The notes beneath the pieces are model-generated. The model was given only the letters and a program-made list of their open reading frames with translations, ran no database searches and was not told the origin of the DNA. From NCBI GenBank assembly GCA_021790255.1, contig JAJYIE010000002.1, forward strand, positions 413 through 64,412: a DNA stretch of 64,000 bases, in the 5' to 3' direction. The position numbers and the translations under genes were made by a program. Positions 52,966 to 62,186 of the stretch are shown one piece after another; position 1 is the stretch's first letter, and each line of letters starts with the position of its first letter. Source of the DNA: a bacterium. GTDB lineage: Bacteria; Patescibacteriota; Microgenomatia; Daviesbacterales; UBA10151.

Positions 52966-53391
52966 TTATCTATTGGAGTTTCTTTTATCTCTACCCCTGA
53001 AATAGTGGATAGCTCTTAATAAGGGATTTCTTAAAGTGGGTGGCTGAGACGGTGTTGAGCGATATTCCGAGCTTGGTTGCTGTTGCAAAAACTCTGCTAC
53101 CATCTTTTGTACTCTCGGGTCTTTTGATTCTGTTATATCTTTAATTTCACCTCGGCTAAGTTGACCCATAAGTTGTTCAAATAATTCTGGTTGCTTTAAG
53201 AGCTCGGGGATTAAACCGAGGGCTCGATCATCCTCGGGGGTTTTCGGTCTTCGTTCATAAATCAGATGTGATTTGTTTGCGGTTGATCCCCCTGTAGACC
53301 CAAAATCAAAGCTTATTTCAATGACTGAATTTTCATCATCCAAAGCCTGATCTAAATCTCTCGGATTTATTCTTTCTTTACCGCCCGACAT
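52966..53391 (-). CDS. Hypothetical protein (141 aa)
   Basis: ORF only. Confidence 0.35.
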   Translation of the reverse strand: MSGGKERINPRDLDQALDDENSVIEISFDFGSTGGSTANKSHLIYERRPKTPEDDRALGLIPELLKQPELFEQLMGQLSRGEIKDITESKDPRVQKMVAEFLQQQPSSEYRSTPSQPPTLRNPLLRAIHYFRGRDKRNSNR

Positions 53392-53553
53392 ATTTTTAGA
53401 ATTATAGCTTGAAAAATCCTTTCAATCAATGAGTAAGCAGATTTTTAAATTGTAAATAATTTTTAATGACTTCCAGTCTTCTGGACTCAGGAGGAGGACA
53501 AATTATTCACTTCCATCCCCAATCAACATTAGGGCAGTTTTGTCTTTTAGTTT

Positions 53554-53945
53554 TCAACCGCAGAGCTTAACTCGATTGACAAGGTTGATAAAAAAGTAAA
53601 TTTGACTATCCAGGAAAGTCTCAGGAGATTTAATTAGGGCTAAAAGAGCACCGGGCAATATTTCGACCAATACCAAATGTGAGAAAAAAATTATAAAAAT
53701 CCCCCCCAACACTAAAGATGCTGTGATTTTCAACTTATTATTAAGAAGAGATATCAGTGATCCGATGAATAGTATTCCCCGGCTATAGTTATTAAGCAAA
53801 CAGGGATAAAACGGTTAACACAATACGAGCCTTCTTCAAGTGAACGAAAGTTATAGGCATTTATCAATATTATGATACGTATGTACATCCCCAGTAAAAT
53901 TATTAAACCCAGAAAAAGTTTATTTATCAGACTCTTGGACAACAT
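53554..53945 (-). pseudogene. Two overlapping frame-shifted hydrophobic ORFs (81 and 63 aa) in an AT-rich, gene-poor 800-nt stretch; possible disrupted membrane-protein gene
   Basis: ORFs 53554..53799 and 53754..53945 overlap in different frames. Local AT content is clearly above the flanks. Confidence 0.2.
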
Positions 53946-54194
53946 AAAGGGTTAGTATAAGGATAATCCTGGGTAACTACAAAGCCAAAAATGGGTTCTA
54001 ATCCTTACCTTCGACAAGCTCAGGGTAATTACATCTTCCAATCCCCAGGACCAGCTTATATTGCGTGATATTAATTGAGATCTGCAGTTCAGTCTGTGGG
54101 GTGAACCTAAAGTTATTACGGATATTACTGAAAACCAGCCGGTTGGATTTGTACCGAAAGAACATGTTCAGTAAGTTGAGCTGAGGGCTGCTTA

Positions 54195-56780
54195 TTGCTA
54201 TACTTACTGTGTATGAAAATCAGGCGGGTGCACCAGCACCAGATGTTTGATTGGGATTTTCAGGAACCTGCCTTTTTATCCAGCGCTACTACTTTAATTT
54301 TACTCCTTATTGCCGGGGTAATTTTGCTCCTGGTAACAACCGTTATTGTTTTTGCTATCCAGGTACCCTCACCTGAGCAGCTGTCAAACGCAAACAGCGC
54401 CAAGGCTACGAAAATTTATGACCGCAACGGCCAGCTTTTATATGATATCTTCAAAAACCAAAACCGCACGCCGGTTAAATTATCGGATATCCCCGATTTT
54501 GTTAAAGAGGCAACGATCTCCATTGAGGATAAAAATTTTTATAAACACGGCGGCTTTTCCGTCACCGGGATCGCCCGCGCAGCAATTCAGTTGGTTTTAA
54601 ACCGGCAGATTGAAGGGGGAGGTTCAACAATTACCCAGCAGTTGGTGAAAAATTCCCTTCTTACTCCTGAGCAAAGCATTGTCAGAAAAATAAAAGAGGT
54701 AATTTTGGCAGTCCAAGTGGAACGGGTTTACAGTAAAGACCAGATTTTGGAGATGTATTTAAACTCAATTCCTTATGGTGGTACAGCTTATGGTATTGAG
54801 GCAGCTGCCAATTTATATTTCGGAATTCACGCCAAGGATTTGGACTTGGCCCAGTCAGCCATGCTGGCCGGCCTGCCGCAAATGCCTTCGGTGTACTCAC
54901 CGTATGGCGCCGATCCGTCGCGCGGTAAAGCTCGGCAAAAGGAGGTCTTAGACAGCATGGTGCAGAACGGTTATATTACCCAAAAACAGGCCGGTGATGC
55001 TTACAATGAGAAACTCGTTTACCGGACAGCTCAAAAAGAGGTTGGGTTTAAGGCTCCTCATTTTGTGATGTATGTCAAACAAAAGCTAATTGAGCAATAC
55101 GGCGAACAGGTAGTGGAACAGGGCGGCCTGCAGGTTACCACAACCTTGGATTACAACCTGCAAAGCCAGGCGGAAAATATTGTTAAAGGCGAAATAAATA
55201 AACTCGGCGCTTACCATGTCGGCAACGGAGCAGCGGTGATTATGGATCCCAAAACAGGGGAGATTTTGTCAATGGTCGGCAGCAAAGATTATTTCGGGAC
55301 CTCTGAACCGGCCGGGTGTATTGAGGGGTCAACCTGTACTTTTGAGCCGGATGTAAACGCCACATTGTCTCTGCGTCAACCGGGATCCGCCACCAAACCG
55401 GTTACCTACTCAGCCGCACTGCAAAAAGGTTATACGGCGGCTACAGTACTCATGGATGTTCCCACCCAGTTTCTCGGCGGAGCAGGACAGCCGCCTTACG
55501 CGCCGGTAAACTATGACGGCCGCTGGCATGGCCCGATCCAGGTCCGCTATGCCCTGGGCAATTCCATCAACATCCCGGCAGTAAAAATGCTGGCCCTGGT
55601 TGGTATCAAAAACGATATGCAGCTTGCCTATAATATGGGAATGACCAACTGGCAGCCGACTGATGAAAATGTAAACAACGTCGGTTTATCCCTCACCCTG
55701 GGCGGACGGGAAACCAGCCTTCTTGATTTAACTGATGTTTACTCCACACTCGCCGATAAGGGCGTGCAACATGATCCTGTTTCGATCCTGAAGGTTACTG
55801 ACAGCAATAATAATGTTTTGTATGAATACAAACCCTCGGACGGACGCAAGGTCCTTGATGAGGGAATTGCTTACATTATTTCCGATATTCTGGCAGACAA
55901 CGGCGCCAGGACTATGGAGTTTGGCCCGAATTCTGTTCTCCGCGTTCCGGGTAAAACTGTATCCGTTAAAACCGGTACCACTGATGAAAAACGGGATAAC
56001 TGGACGGTCGGCTATACACCTTCGTATGTAGTCGGCGTTTGGGTGGGCAATAACGATAATGAAAAAATGAATCCGGTCATTTCTTCCGGTATTACCGGGG
56101 CCTCCCCGATTTGGCAGAAGCTAATGATTGCCGCAATCGGCAATAAACCGGACGAAAAGTATCCTCAACCGGGAGATGTAACGTCAATGGATATAGACGG
56201 TTTAATGGGTGGGTTACCCAAAGACGGTTCCCCCACCCGAAAAGAATATTTCATAAAAGGTACTGAACCAAGTGGCATTTCTCCTGCCTATCAAAACCAG
56301 AAAGTCTGCCGCAATAATCCACATAGGCTTTCAGGTGACGGTGAGGACGGAGACCAAAAGGATATTATCATGCTGACGGAAAACGACCCGACGGGAGCCA
56401 ACAAATGGCAGGAAGGCATTGATTCATGGGTGCTGACTGCATCTGATCCGCGGTTTGTAGGGGCAGCCAAGGGATGCAGCAATATCCCCGGCTTTACGGG
56501 AGGTTCACCCGATGCGGTTATCTCCATAGTTAATGTTGGTAACGGGGCCAATGTCCCGCATGTATTTGATGTTTTGGCGAAAACGAATTCGCCGGGCGGG
56601 GTAAAAGATGTCACCTGGCTGGTGGACGGTGCTCAAAAAGCTACCCAAACCAGCGAGCCGTTTGCTGTCCATATTGAGTTCCCCTCAGGGGATAATGGTT
56701 CACATACTATTACAGCAACCTTGGAAGATAACAGCGGCAAGACTTTTTCTACCTCAATAGGCGTCACCGTTGCGCTGTAA
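54195..56780 (+). CDS. Penicillin-binding protein 1A-type bifunctional transglycosylase/transpeptidase with C-terminal extension
   Basis: GT51 motifs (EDKNFYKHGG, GGSTITQQL), transpeptidase motifs SATKP and KTGT, and an N-terminal TM anchor. Confidence 0.85.
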   Translation: MLYLLCMKIRRVHQHQMFDWDFQEPAFLSSATTLILLLIAGVILLLVTTVIVFAIQVPSPEQLSNANSAKATKIYDRNGQLLYDIFKNQNRTPVKLSDIPDFVKEATISIEDKNFYKHGGFSVTGIARAAIQLVLNRQIEGGGSTITQQLVKNSLLTPEQSIVRKIKEVILAVQVERVYSKDQILEMYLNSIPYGGTAYGIEAAANLYFGIHAKDLDLAQSAMLAGLPQMPSVYSPYGADPSRGKARQKEVLDSMVQNGYITQKQAGDAYNEKLVYRTAQKEVGFKAPHFVMYVKQKLIEQYGEQVVEQGGLQVTTTLDYNLQSQAENIVKGEINKLGAYHVGNGAAVIMDPKTGEILSMVGSKDYFGTSEPAGCIEGSTCTFEPDVNATLSLRQPGSATKPVTYSAALQKGYTAATVLMDVPTQFLGGAGQPPYAPVNYDGRWHGPIQVRYALGNSINIPAVKMLALVGIKNDMQLAYNMGMTNWQPTDENVNNVGLSLTLGGRETSLLDLTDVYSTLADKGVQHDPVSILKVTDSNNNVLYEYKPSDGRKVLDEGIAYIISDILADNGARTMEFGPNSVLRVPGKTVSVKTGTTDEKRDNWTVGYTPSYVVGVWVGNNDNEKMNPVISSGITGASPIWQKLMIAAIGNKPDEKYPQPGDVTSMDIDGLMGGLPKDGSPTRKEYFIKGTEPSGISPAYQNQKVCRNNPHRLSGDGEDGDQKDIIMLTENDPTGANKWQEGIDSWVLTASDPRFVGAAKGCSNIPGFTGGSPDAVISIVNVGNGANVPHVFDVLAKTNSPGGVKDVTWLVDGAQKATQTSEPFAVHIEFPSGDNGSHTITATLEDNSGKTFSTSIGVTVAL

Positions 56781-56835
56781 GCTAAATTACATATTTACTT
56801 TTTTGTCCGGATATAATATACAGACTATAGGTAGT

Positions 56836-57213
56836 ATGACTGAAAGAGATCCTGGTGAAAACCATTTATTCAGGGGTGATTGGCCTAATGTGGAGAGGAA
56901 AGTCAAAAATTATGCCTTAGGCAACGCGGTGGCATGGGAAGAGATCCAGCCGATTTTGGAAAGCTCTGTGGAAGATTATCCCGAAAAGTATAAGCCATAT
57001 TTGGGGCCGCTGGAAAAAATTTTTGGTATCAGGAGAAGTATGTATTTGGGAATGATTGCTGATGGAGAGGCGCGCCGGGAAATTATCCGTGTACAGGGTG
57101 GTATGAGTGAAGAGGCCGATCAGGCTATTATTACCATCAACAGGCTGCTGGAGAGATTTTTCGAGCGTACTGTCCCTCCCAGGAAATTTTCCCGCAGGTC
57201 TAACGAAGACTAA
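56836..57213 (+). CDS. Hypothetical protein (about 125 aa), 4-nt overlap with convergent pheT
   Basis: ORF. The internal ATG at 56836 is preferred to the track start. Confidence 0.35.
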   Translation: MTERDPGENHLFRGDWPNVERKVKNYALGNAVAWEEIQPILESSVEDYPEKYKPYLGPLEKIFGIRRSMYLGMIADGEARREIIRVQGGMSEEADQAIITINRLLERFFERTVPPRKFSRRSNED

Positions 57214-58895
57214 AATAGCTGACCCAGATCAACCTCCGTGACAGCTGCCCTCTTTTCTGACCCAAATTTATTAATTACCCGCGGATGGATTTCTGCTAAA
57301 ATTCCCACATGCTGATCTTCTTGGAAGAGACCGGAGTGGCGGGTTGGGTGGATAAGGTCGCCGCCGCTTTCGTCGCGTTTTGCTTCTAGGTGCAAATTTA
57401 ATTTTTTGTACAAGGCACTAATAACGGCATTCAGCTCAGCTGCCGGATTCAGGCCGTTTCCAGACATAGCAATTGCCAGGTGGTAATGCTCATCCGGCTT
57501 ACCACTCTTCTGCCAGTGGTACACTTTGCCGATTTCAAAAACAGCCACATCATCCCGGTATTTCAAATTTTCAGTGGTTTTTTCTAGGAGGTTTGGCCAA
57601 ATTAAATCGCGCATATATTCCGTTTCTTTGGACATGGGGTTGGCAATACGGACTAAATTATCCCGCTCGGCTTCCAGGTTGTCTAAAACCGCTGTGGAGT
57701 AAAAAGAGTAGGTTTGGATTTCCGTCAGGCCAAGTTTAACCAGCTCCGCCTTAACTTTGGAAATTGTTTCAAACAAACTTTGGTCAACTTTTTCCGGTTC
57801 ATTACCCGAAATCTCTCTGGCAGGAATGTTTTCGTAGCCGTACATGCGGGCGATTTCCTCGATTATATCCTCCTCAACTGCGATATCAAGACGAAAATAA
57901 GGCGGTTTGATTTCCCATTGCCCCTCGCCAACCGGCCTGACCATAAAGTGCAGTTTGGTGAGTGATTCTTCGACAAACTCAGAGGCAATATTAATACCGA
58001 TCAGGGAATTTAATTTGTTTCGGGTGAGTTTAATGATTGGTGTAGCCGATGGAAATCCACCGACAATATTAACCGCTGTCAGTTTTCCGCCCAGCTGCCC
58101 ATACATCTTAATAGCTGCCTGAAGAGCCTGGAAAAGCCGTTCTTCGGTTAAACCATGCTGGAACCTTTTGCTGGCCTCGGAGATTAAAGCCAGCCGCCCG
58201 GAAGCGGCCCGCAGGGCCAGCGGGTCAAAAATGGCTGCCTCCAGCAGTATGGTTTTTGTTTTCTCACTAATTTCGCTGTTTTTGCCGCCCATGACTCCGG
58301 CTAGCCCGAGTGCTTTCTCCGGATCGGCAATGAGCAAATCGGTCGGCAAAAGCTCGCGGGTTTTGTTATCTAAAGTAATAAGGTTTTCGCTTTGTTTGGC
58401 GGTACGGACGAAAATAGTTTCGCCTGTAACAGTTGCGGCGTCGAAAGCGTGCAGCGGCTGACCGTATTCCAGCATAACCAGGTTGGTGACATCAGCAACA
58501 TTGTTAACTGCCCGCATGCCGCTCTCTTCCAATTTCTTCATCCATTTTTCGGGAGATTTACCAACTGTTAAATTTTCAATTTTAGCGATGCAGTAAAGCG
58601 GCGCCAGTTCCGGATTTTCCACTTTAACCGGGGTAGATGGTAGATCAGGAAAGTTCGGAGAACTATTTTCGTAATTATCAAAATTAAGAGTCGAGCCGGT
58701 AATAGCAGCGATTTCAGTGGCAACGCCGTGCATTGACAATAGGTCAGCCCGGTTGTACCCCTTCATATCTAATTCAATAAACCTGTCGGTAATTTCTTTG
58801 GTGCCGATGGTGCGCAGGGGCAACAAATGAATCACTTCATCAACTGACACATTTAAGTTAACTAGTTCTTTTAGCCAATCGATTGAAACGAGCAT
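57210..58895 (-). CDS. pheT: Phenylalanyl-tRNA synthetase beta subunit, short form lacking the N-terminal tRNA-binding (EMAP-like) domain
   Basis: B3/B4 and B5 domain order with a bacterial-type N-terminus SIDWLKELV. 561 aa, versus about 800 aa for typical bacterial PheT. Confidence 0.85.
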   Translation of the reverse strand: MLVSIDWLKELVNLNVSVDEVIHLLPLRTIGTKEITDRFIELDMKGYNRADLLSMHGVATEIAAITGSTLNFDNYENSSPNFPDLPSTPVKVENPELAPLYCIAKIENLTVGKSPEKWMKKLEESGMRAVNNVADVTNLVMLEYGQPLHAFDAATVTGETIFVRTAKQSENLITLDNKTRELLPTDLLIADPEKALGLAGVMGGKNSEISEKTKTILLEAAIFDPLALRAASGRLALISEASKRFQHGLTEERLFQALQAAIKMYGQLGGKLTAVNIVGGFPSATPIIKLTRNKLNSLIGINIASEFVEESLTKLHFMVRPVGEGQWEIKPPYFRLDIAVEEDIIEEIARMYGYENIPAREISGNEPEKVDQSLFETISKVKAELVKLGLTEIQTYSFYSTAVLDNLEAERDNLVRIANPMSKETEYMRDLIWPNLLEKTTENLKYRDDVAVFEIGKVYHWQKSGKPDEHYHLAIAMSGNGLNPAAELNAVISALYKKLNLHLEAKRDESGGDLIHPTRHSGLFQEDQHVGILAEIHPRVINKFGSEKRAAVTEVDLGQLF

Positions 58896-59954
58896 CTAGA
58901 ATTTCTCCAAAAATTTCAGATCGCCTTTTAAAAGCTCTCGGATATCATCAAAACCATACTTGAGCATCATGATCCGCCCAACTCCCGGTCCCCAGGCAAT
59001 CCCTGAGTAAATTTCGGGATTAATACCGCCGTTTTTTAAGACGGTTGGGTGAATCATACCGGCGCCGGCAACTTCCAACCAGCCGGTGCCGCCGCAAACT
59101 TTACACCCTTGGCCGTGACAGAAGATGCACAAGCCGTCAATACCAACTCCCGGCTCAACGAATGGGTAATACTTTGGACGCAGTCTGACCTTGATGTCTT
59201 TTCCGACGGTGTTTTGTAAAAAATATTCCGACAAGTACTGCAAATTAGTCATACTTACACCTTTATCAATATAAACCAGTTCGAATTGCTCGAAAGTGTG
59301 CTCGTGGCGGGCATCTAGGTTTTCGTAGCGGTAGCAACGGCCGATGCTCATCATTCGAATGGGTGGTGTGAAATCGCGCATAATTCTTACTTGGGCGTTA
59401 GAGGTGTGAGTCCGCAGCAGCAATTCGCCTGGGCTGTAACCGGTTTTTTGGGGATCAATATAAAGAGTGTCCCAGAGGTCGCGGGCTGGATGGCCTTCCG
59501 GGATGTTTAACAACCCGAAATTATATTCGTCGGTATCGATTTGCGGCGCGTCGAATTGCTGAAAACCGAGCTTTTCAAACAGGTCAACAGTTTCCTGAAT
59601 AAATTGAGTCGTGGGATGAAGATGTCCATGCCTTGGCTTAATTTCCGCCGTGCCGAGATCATATTTTTCCGTGGTTAATTTAGCGTAACTTTCTTCCCGG
59701 ACTGCCTGTCGGCGGTTTTCGATAGCGTTGTCTAATTCATGTTTGGTTTGATTAAACAATGGTCCGATTTTTTGCAGTTCTTCCATGGGTAATTTACCAA
59801 ACTCCTTTGGTAAAAGCGTGATGACGCCGTTTTTGCCGAATAACGCCAAAAAAAGCTCATCCAGTTCTTTTAAAGTTTTAGCCTGGTTTATATTCAAAAA
59901 ATAATCAGTTTTAATTTTGTTTAACTTTTCTTCCATTGTGTTTAATTTTAGCAT
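58896..59954 (-). CDS. pheS: Phenylalanyl-tRNA synthetase alpha subunit
   Basis: Class II motifs FRPSYFPFVEPG-like (YPFVEPGVGID) and motif 3 GAGMIHP, with a Zn-like CxxC...CxxC insert. Confidence 0.9.
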   Translation of the reverse strand: MLKLNTMEEKLNKIKTDYFLNINQAKTLKELDELFLALFGKNGVITLLPKEFGKLPMEELQKIGPLFNQTKHELDNAIENRRQAVREESYAKLTTEKYDLGTAEIKPRHGHLHPTTQFIQETVDLFEKLGFQQFDAPQIDTDEYNFGLLNIPEGHPARDLWDTLYIDPQKTGYSPGELLLRTHTSNAQVRIMRDFTPPIRMMSIGRCYRYENLDARHEHTFEQFELVYIDKGVSMTNLQYLSEYFLQNTVGKDIKVRLRPKYYPFVEPGVGIDGLCIFCHGQGCKVCGGTGWLEVAGAGMIHPTVLKNGGINPEIYSGIAWGPGVGRIMMLKYGFDDIRELLKGDLKFLEKF

Positions 59955-60073
59955 AGGATAGATTTATACACTATTGATATGCGATCCACCGGTAAGCGGA
60001 TCTGAGGATTTACCTATATTCCACTTTTGGCAGCAGAGAAGATTTATCCTCTGCCGCCTTATGTGGTTACTAT

Positions 60074-60469
60074 TCACATTCCCAAAACCGGATGGCGCCT
60101 AAGGATATTGTCCAATCTTGTGGCTGATGATGTCTGACTTTGAAAAAGGTCATTAAGTGGCGGAGCAGCTACTTTTTTCACCAGCAACGCGTAACCTCTA
60201 CCCAGTTCATGAGATGCAAATCCTTTTGCCGAAACCATAACTATTCGCCGTTTGTTGCCTGGGTTGACCAGCTCAATGTCACCACTCAAAATATACTTAC
60301 GGCCGCCCGGACGGACATTTATCCCGGCACATTTGATAATCAGTTCGCCTGCTGATGTTAAATAAGTGCCTGATTTATCCTCAGCAATTTGTGCAAGCAA
60401 CTGGGTGTTTGCTACTTTCTCTGCCTGGCTTTGTGATTCAAGGTAATGCTCAAGTTCAATAGATAGCAT
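60074..60469 (-). CDS. Hypothetical protein (about 131 aa) with SD AGGAGGTGA
   Basis: ORF. The second ATG at 60469 has better SD spacing than the one at 60478. Confidence 0.4.
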   Translation of the reverse strand: MLSIELEHYLESQSQAEKVANTQLLAQIAEDKSGTYLTSAGELIIKCAGINVRPGGRKYILSGDIELVNPGNKRRIVMVSAKGFASHELGRGYALLVKKVAAPPLNDLFQSQTSSATRLDNILRRHPVLGM

Positions 60470-60516
60470 TATTCTCACCTCCTTCCACGGTCATACTAAT
60501 ACTAACCTCTAATGAC

Positions 60517-60581
60517 TAAAAAAGCCCCTGTAAACCCTCCGGTACTTCGGCTGCGCCTGGTACTAAAGAATTTACAAGGGC
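60517..60581 (-). promoter_or_regulatory. Leader stem-loop (10/11-bp stem, 36-nt loop) followed by UUUUUU, about 40 nt upstream of the hypothetical ORF; attenuator or riboswitch-like candidate
   Basis: GCCCCTGTAAA (60524-60534) pairs with TTTACAAGGGC (60571-60581). On the minus strand the stem is followed by six U. Confidence 0.3.
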
Positions 60582-60630
60582 CCTTTGACTCGCTATGCTT
60601 GCTTAGGACTGTGCCACCTTGTGCCGTTGA

Positions 60631-60658
60631 TTCTTAACAAAAATCCCCTTGCGGGGAG
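60631..60658 (-). terminator. Rho-independent terminator downstream of rplT (minus strand: ACTCCCCGCAAGGGGATTTTTGTT)
   Basis: 5-bp GC stem with GCAA loop, then UUUUUGUU. Confidence 0.5.
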
Positions 60659-60849
60659 TATGTCAGAATTAACCTTATTCATGACATGCTCCGCAAACTT
60701 GCGACACATGTTGTTGACTTTTACAGTTTCGCCTCTGTCGCATATTTTTGCGCTCCTCCCCGGTCCCAACCTTCCGGATCAACGGATTTTTTATTCAGTT
60801 ATGAAAGTATTATATCACAAAAAACAAACGGTTGAATTTGCGAAAGTAA

Positions 60850-61197
60850 TTAGGATATGGCTTCAGAAATGACTTTTTTGAATGCTTCGGGGCCTTTGAC
60901 TGCCAGCTCAGCTAAAATTTTACGGTCCAATAAAATATTTCTGGCTTTGAGCGCAGCTATGAACTTGGAATAGGAAATTCCTTCATTGTCTAGGGCGATG
61001 CCTATTTGGGTAATCCATAACCTGCGCAGATCCCGCCGGCGCTGTTTGCGTCCGGCAAAGGCATATTTCCCGGCATGCAGGGAAGCTTCCTTGGCCTGCT
61101 GGAAAACGTGACGGCGCCCCCCCTGGTAGCCTTTGACCAGGTTCAGCAGTTTTTTATGTTTTCGATGTGCTGTAACACCTCTTTTGACTCGCGACAT
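60850..61197 (-). CDS. rplT: 50S ribosomal protein L20
   Basis: MSRVKRGVTAHRKHKK N-terminus. Confidence 0.95.
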   Translation of the reverse strand: MSRVKRGVTAHRKHKKLLNLVKGYQGGRRHVFQQAKEASLHAGKYAFAGRKQRRRDLRRLWITQIGIALDNEGISYSKFIAALKARNILLDRKILAELAVKGPEAFKKVISEAIS

Positions 61198-61356
61198 ATT
61201 TTTTAGATATTATTGTTGTTTTTCCCCCGGACCTTGAGATAATTCCAGACCCTTTGATGCCAGGTACCACGCTGCACGCTGGCGTAAGCCTGTGCTCCCC
61301 TATTGCCGGCCATGGAACTTCTTGTCTGGCGATAATTTTTTGTGTTTTTACCCATA

Positions 61357-61554
61357 TTATTTTCCGATCATCCTCTTTAATGTTTTTTCCAACCGTCCCC
61401 TTATGACCATTGGCACTTTATGCCGGCGCAGAGCCTGTTTGCTTTTGTTGCGGCGCAAATGGCCGGAACGAAGCTGATGTGAACGCAACAGCTTACCGCT
61501 GCCGCTCAGCTTAACCTTTTTTAGTAATGTTTTATTTGTTTTGACTTTCGGCAT
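61357..61554 (-). CDS. rpmI: 50S ribosomal protein L35
   Basis: MPKVKTNKTLLKKVK..., 65 aa. Overlaps the infC 3' end by 23 nt. Confidence 0.9.
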   Translation of the reverse strand: MPKVKTNKTLLKKVKLSGSGKLLRSHQLRSGHLRRNKSKQALRRHKVPMVIRGRLEKTLKRMIGK

Positions 61555-62086
61555 TTACAATCTCCTGTTTTGGTTTGATTTTGGCCATCCCGATGATTGT
61601 TGTCATGTTCCTGCCTTCAAATTTGGTTTCCCGCTCCACAATAACTTTCTCCCCCCAAAACTTCAAAGCATTTTCCACAACCTTGTAACCCTGCTCTGGG
61701 TGAGCCATCTCCCGCCCTCGAAACTTAACTGTCAGCTTAACCTTATCCCCTTCTTCCAAAAACTCATTTGCCTTTTTAAGCCTTGTCTCCAGGTCATGGG
61801 CAGCAATCCGCGGAGACAGCCAGACCTCTTTTAACTCTACCTCCCGGACCCTCTTGCGGGCTGCCTGTTCCTTTTTATCTTCCTGATATTTAAATTTCTC
61901 AAAATCAACAATGCGGGCAACCGGCGGCTGGGCGTTTTCTGCAACCTCTACCAGATCCAGTTCCTGCTCTGCTGCCTTTGCTAAAGCTTCTTCCCGGCTA
62001 ATGACACCCAACTGGGCACCATCGGCGTTAATTACCCGCAGTTCCTGCGCTTGGATCCGTTCGTTAATGCGATAATACTTACCTAT
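61532..62086 (-). CDS. infC: Translation initiation factor IF-3, probably initiating at a non-AUG codon (AUA at 62086..62084, or AUU at 62068..62066)
   Basis: A conserved N-terminal segment RINERIQAQELRVINADGAQLGVIS is encoded in frame upstream of the track's TTG start. An in-frame TAA sits immediately 5' of the AUA. No ATG, GTG or TTG exists in that stretch. SD GGAGGT lies 6 nt before the AUA. Confidence 0.8.
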   Translation of the reverse strand: MGKYYRINERIQAQELRVINADGAQLGVISREEALAKAAEQELDLVEVAENAQPPVARIVDFEKFKYQEDKKEQAARKRVREVELKEVWLSPRIAAHDLETRLKKANEFLEEGDKVKLTVKFRGREMAHPEQGYKVVENALKFWGEKVIVERETKFEGRNMTTIIGMAKIKPKQEIVNAESQNK

Positions 62087-62186
62087 CTTTTAACCTCCGC
62101 AAGTTTTAGGGCTCCGAGTATAGATATTATCATAAATTAGCCTTGGATTCAATGGTTCGACTCCTTATGGCCGCCCACCACAAGTC

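Noticed and set aside
53596-53640. CAGGAAAGTCTCAGG ... AGGGCTAAAAGAGCACCGGG resembles the RNase P RNA P4 5' strand and GGGUGAAA/GAGCGCACC motifs
   Set aside because: It lies inside an AT-rich hydrophobic ORF region. No complementary P4 3' strand (…GACUUUCC-type partner) or P1 pairing was found, and the rest of the region is far too AT-rich for RNase P RNA.
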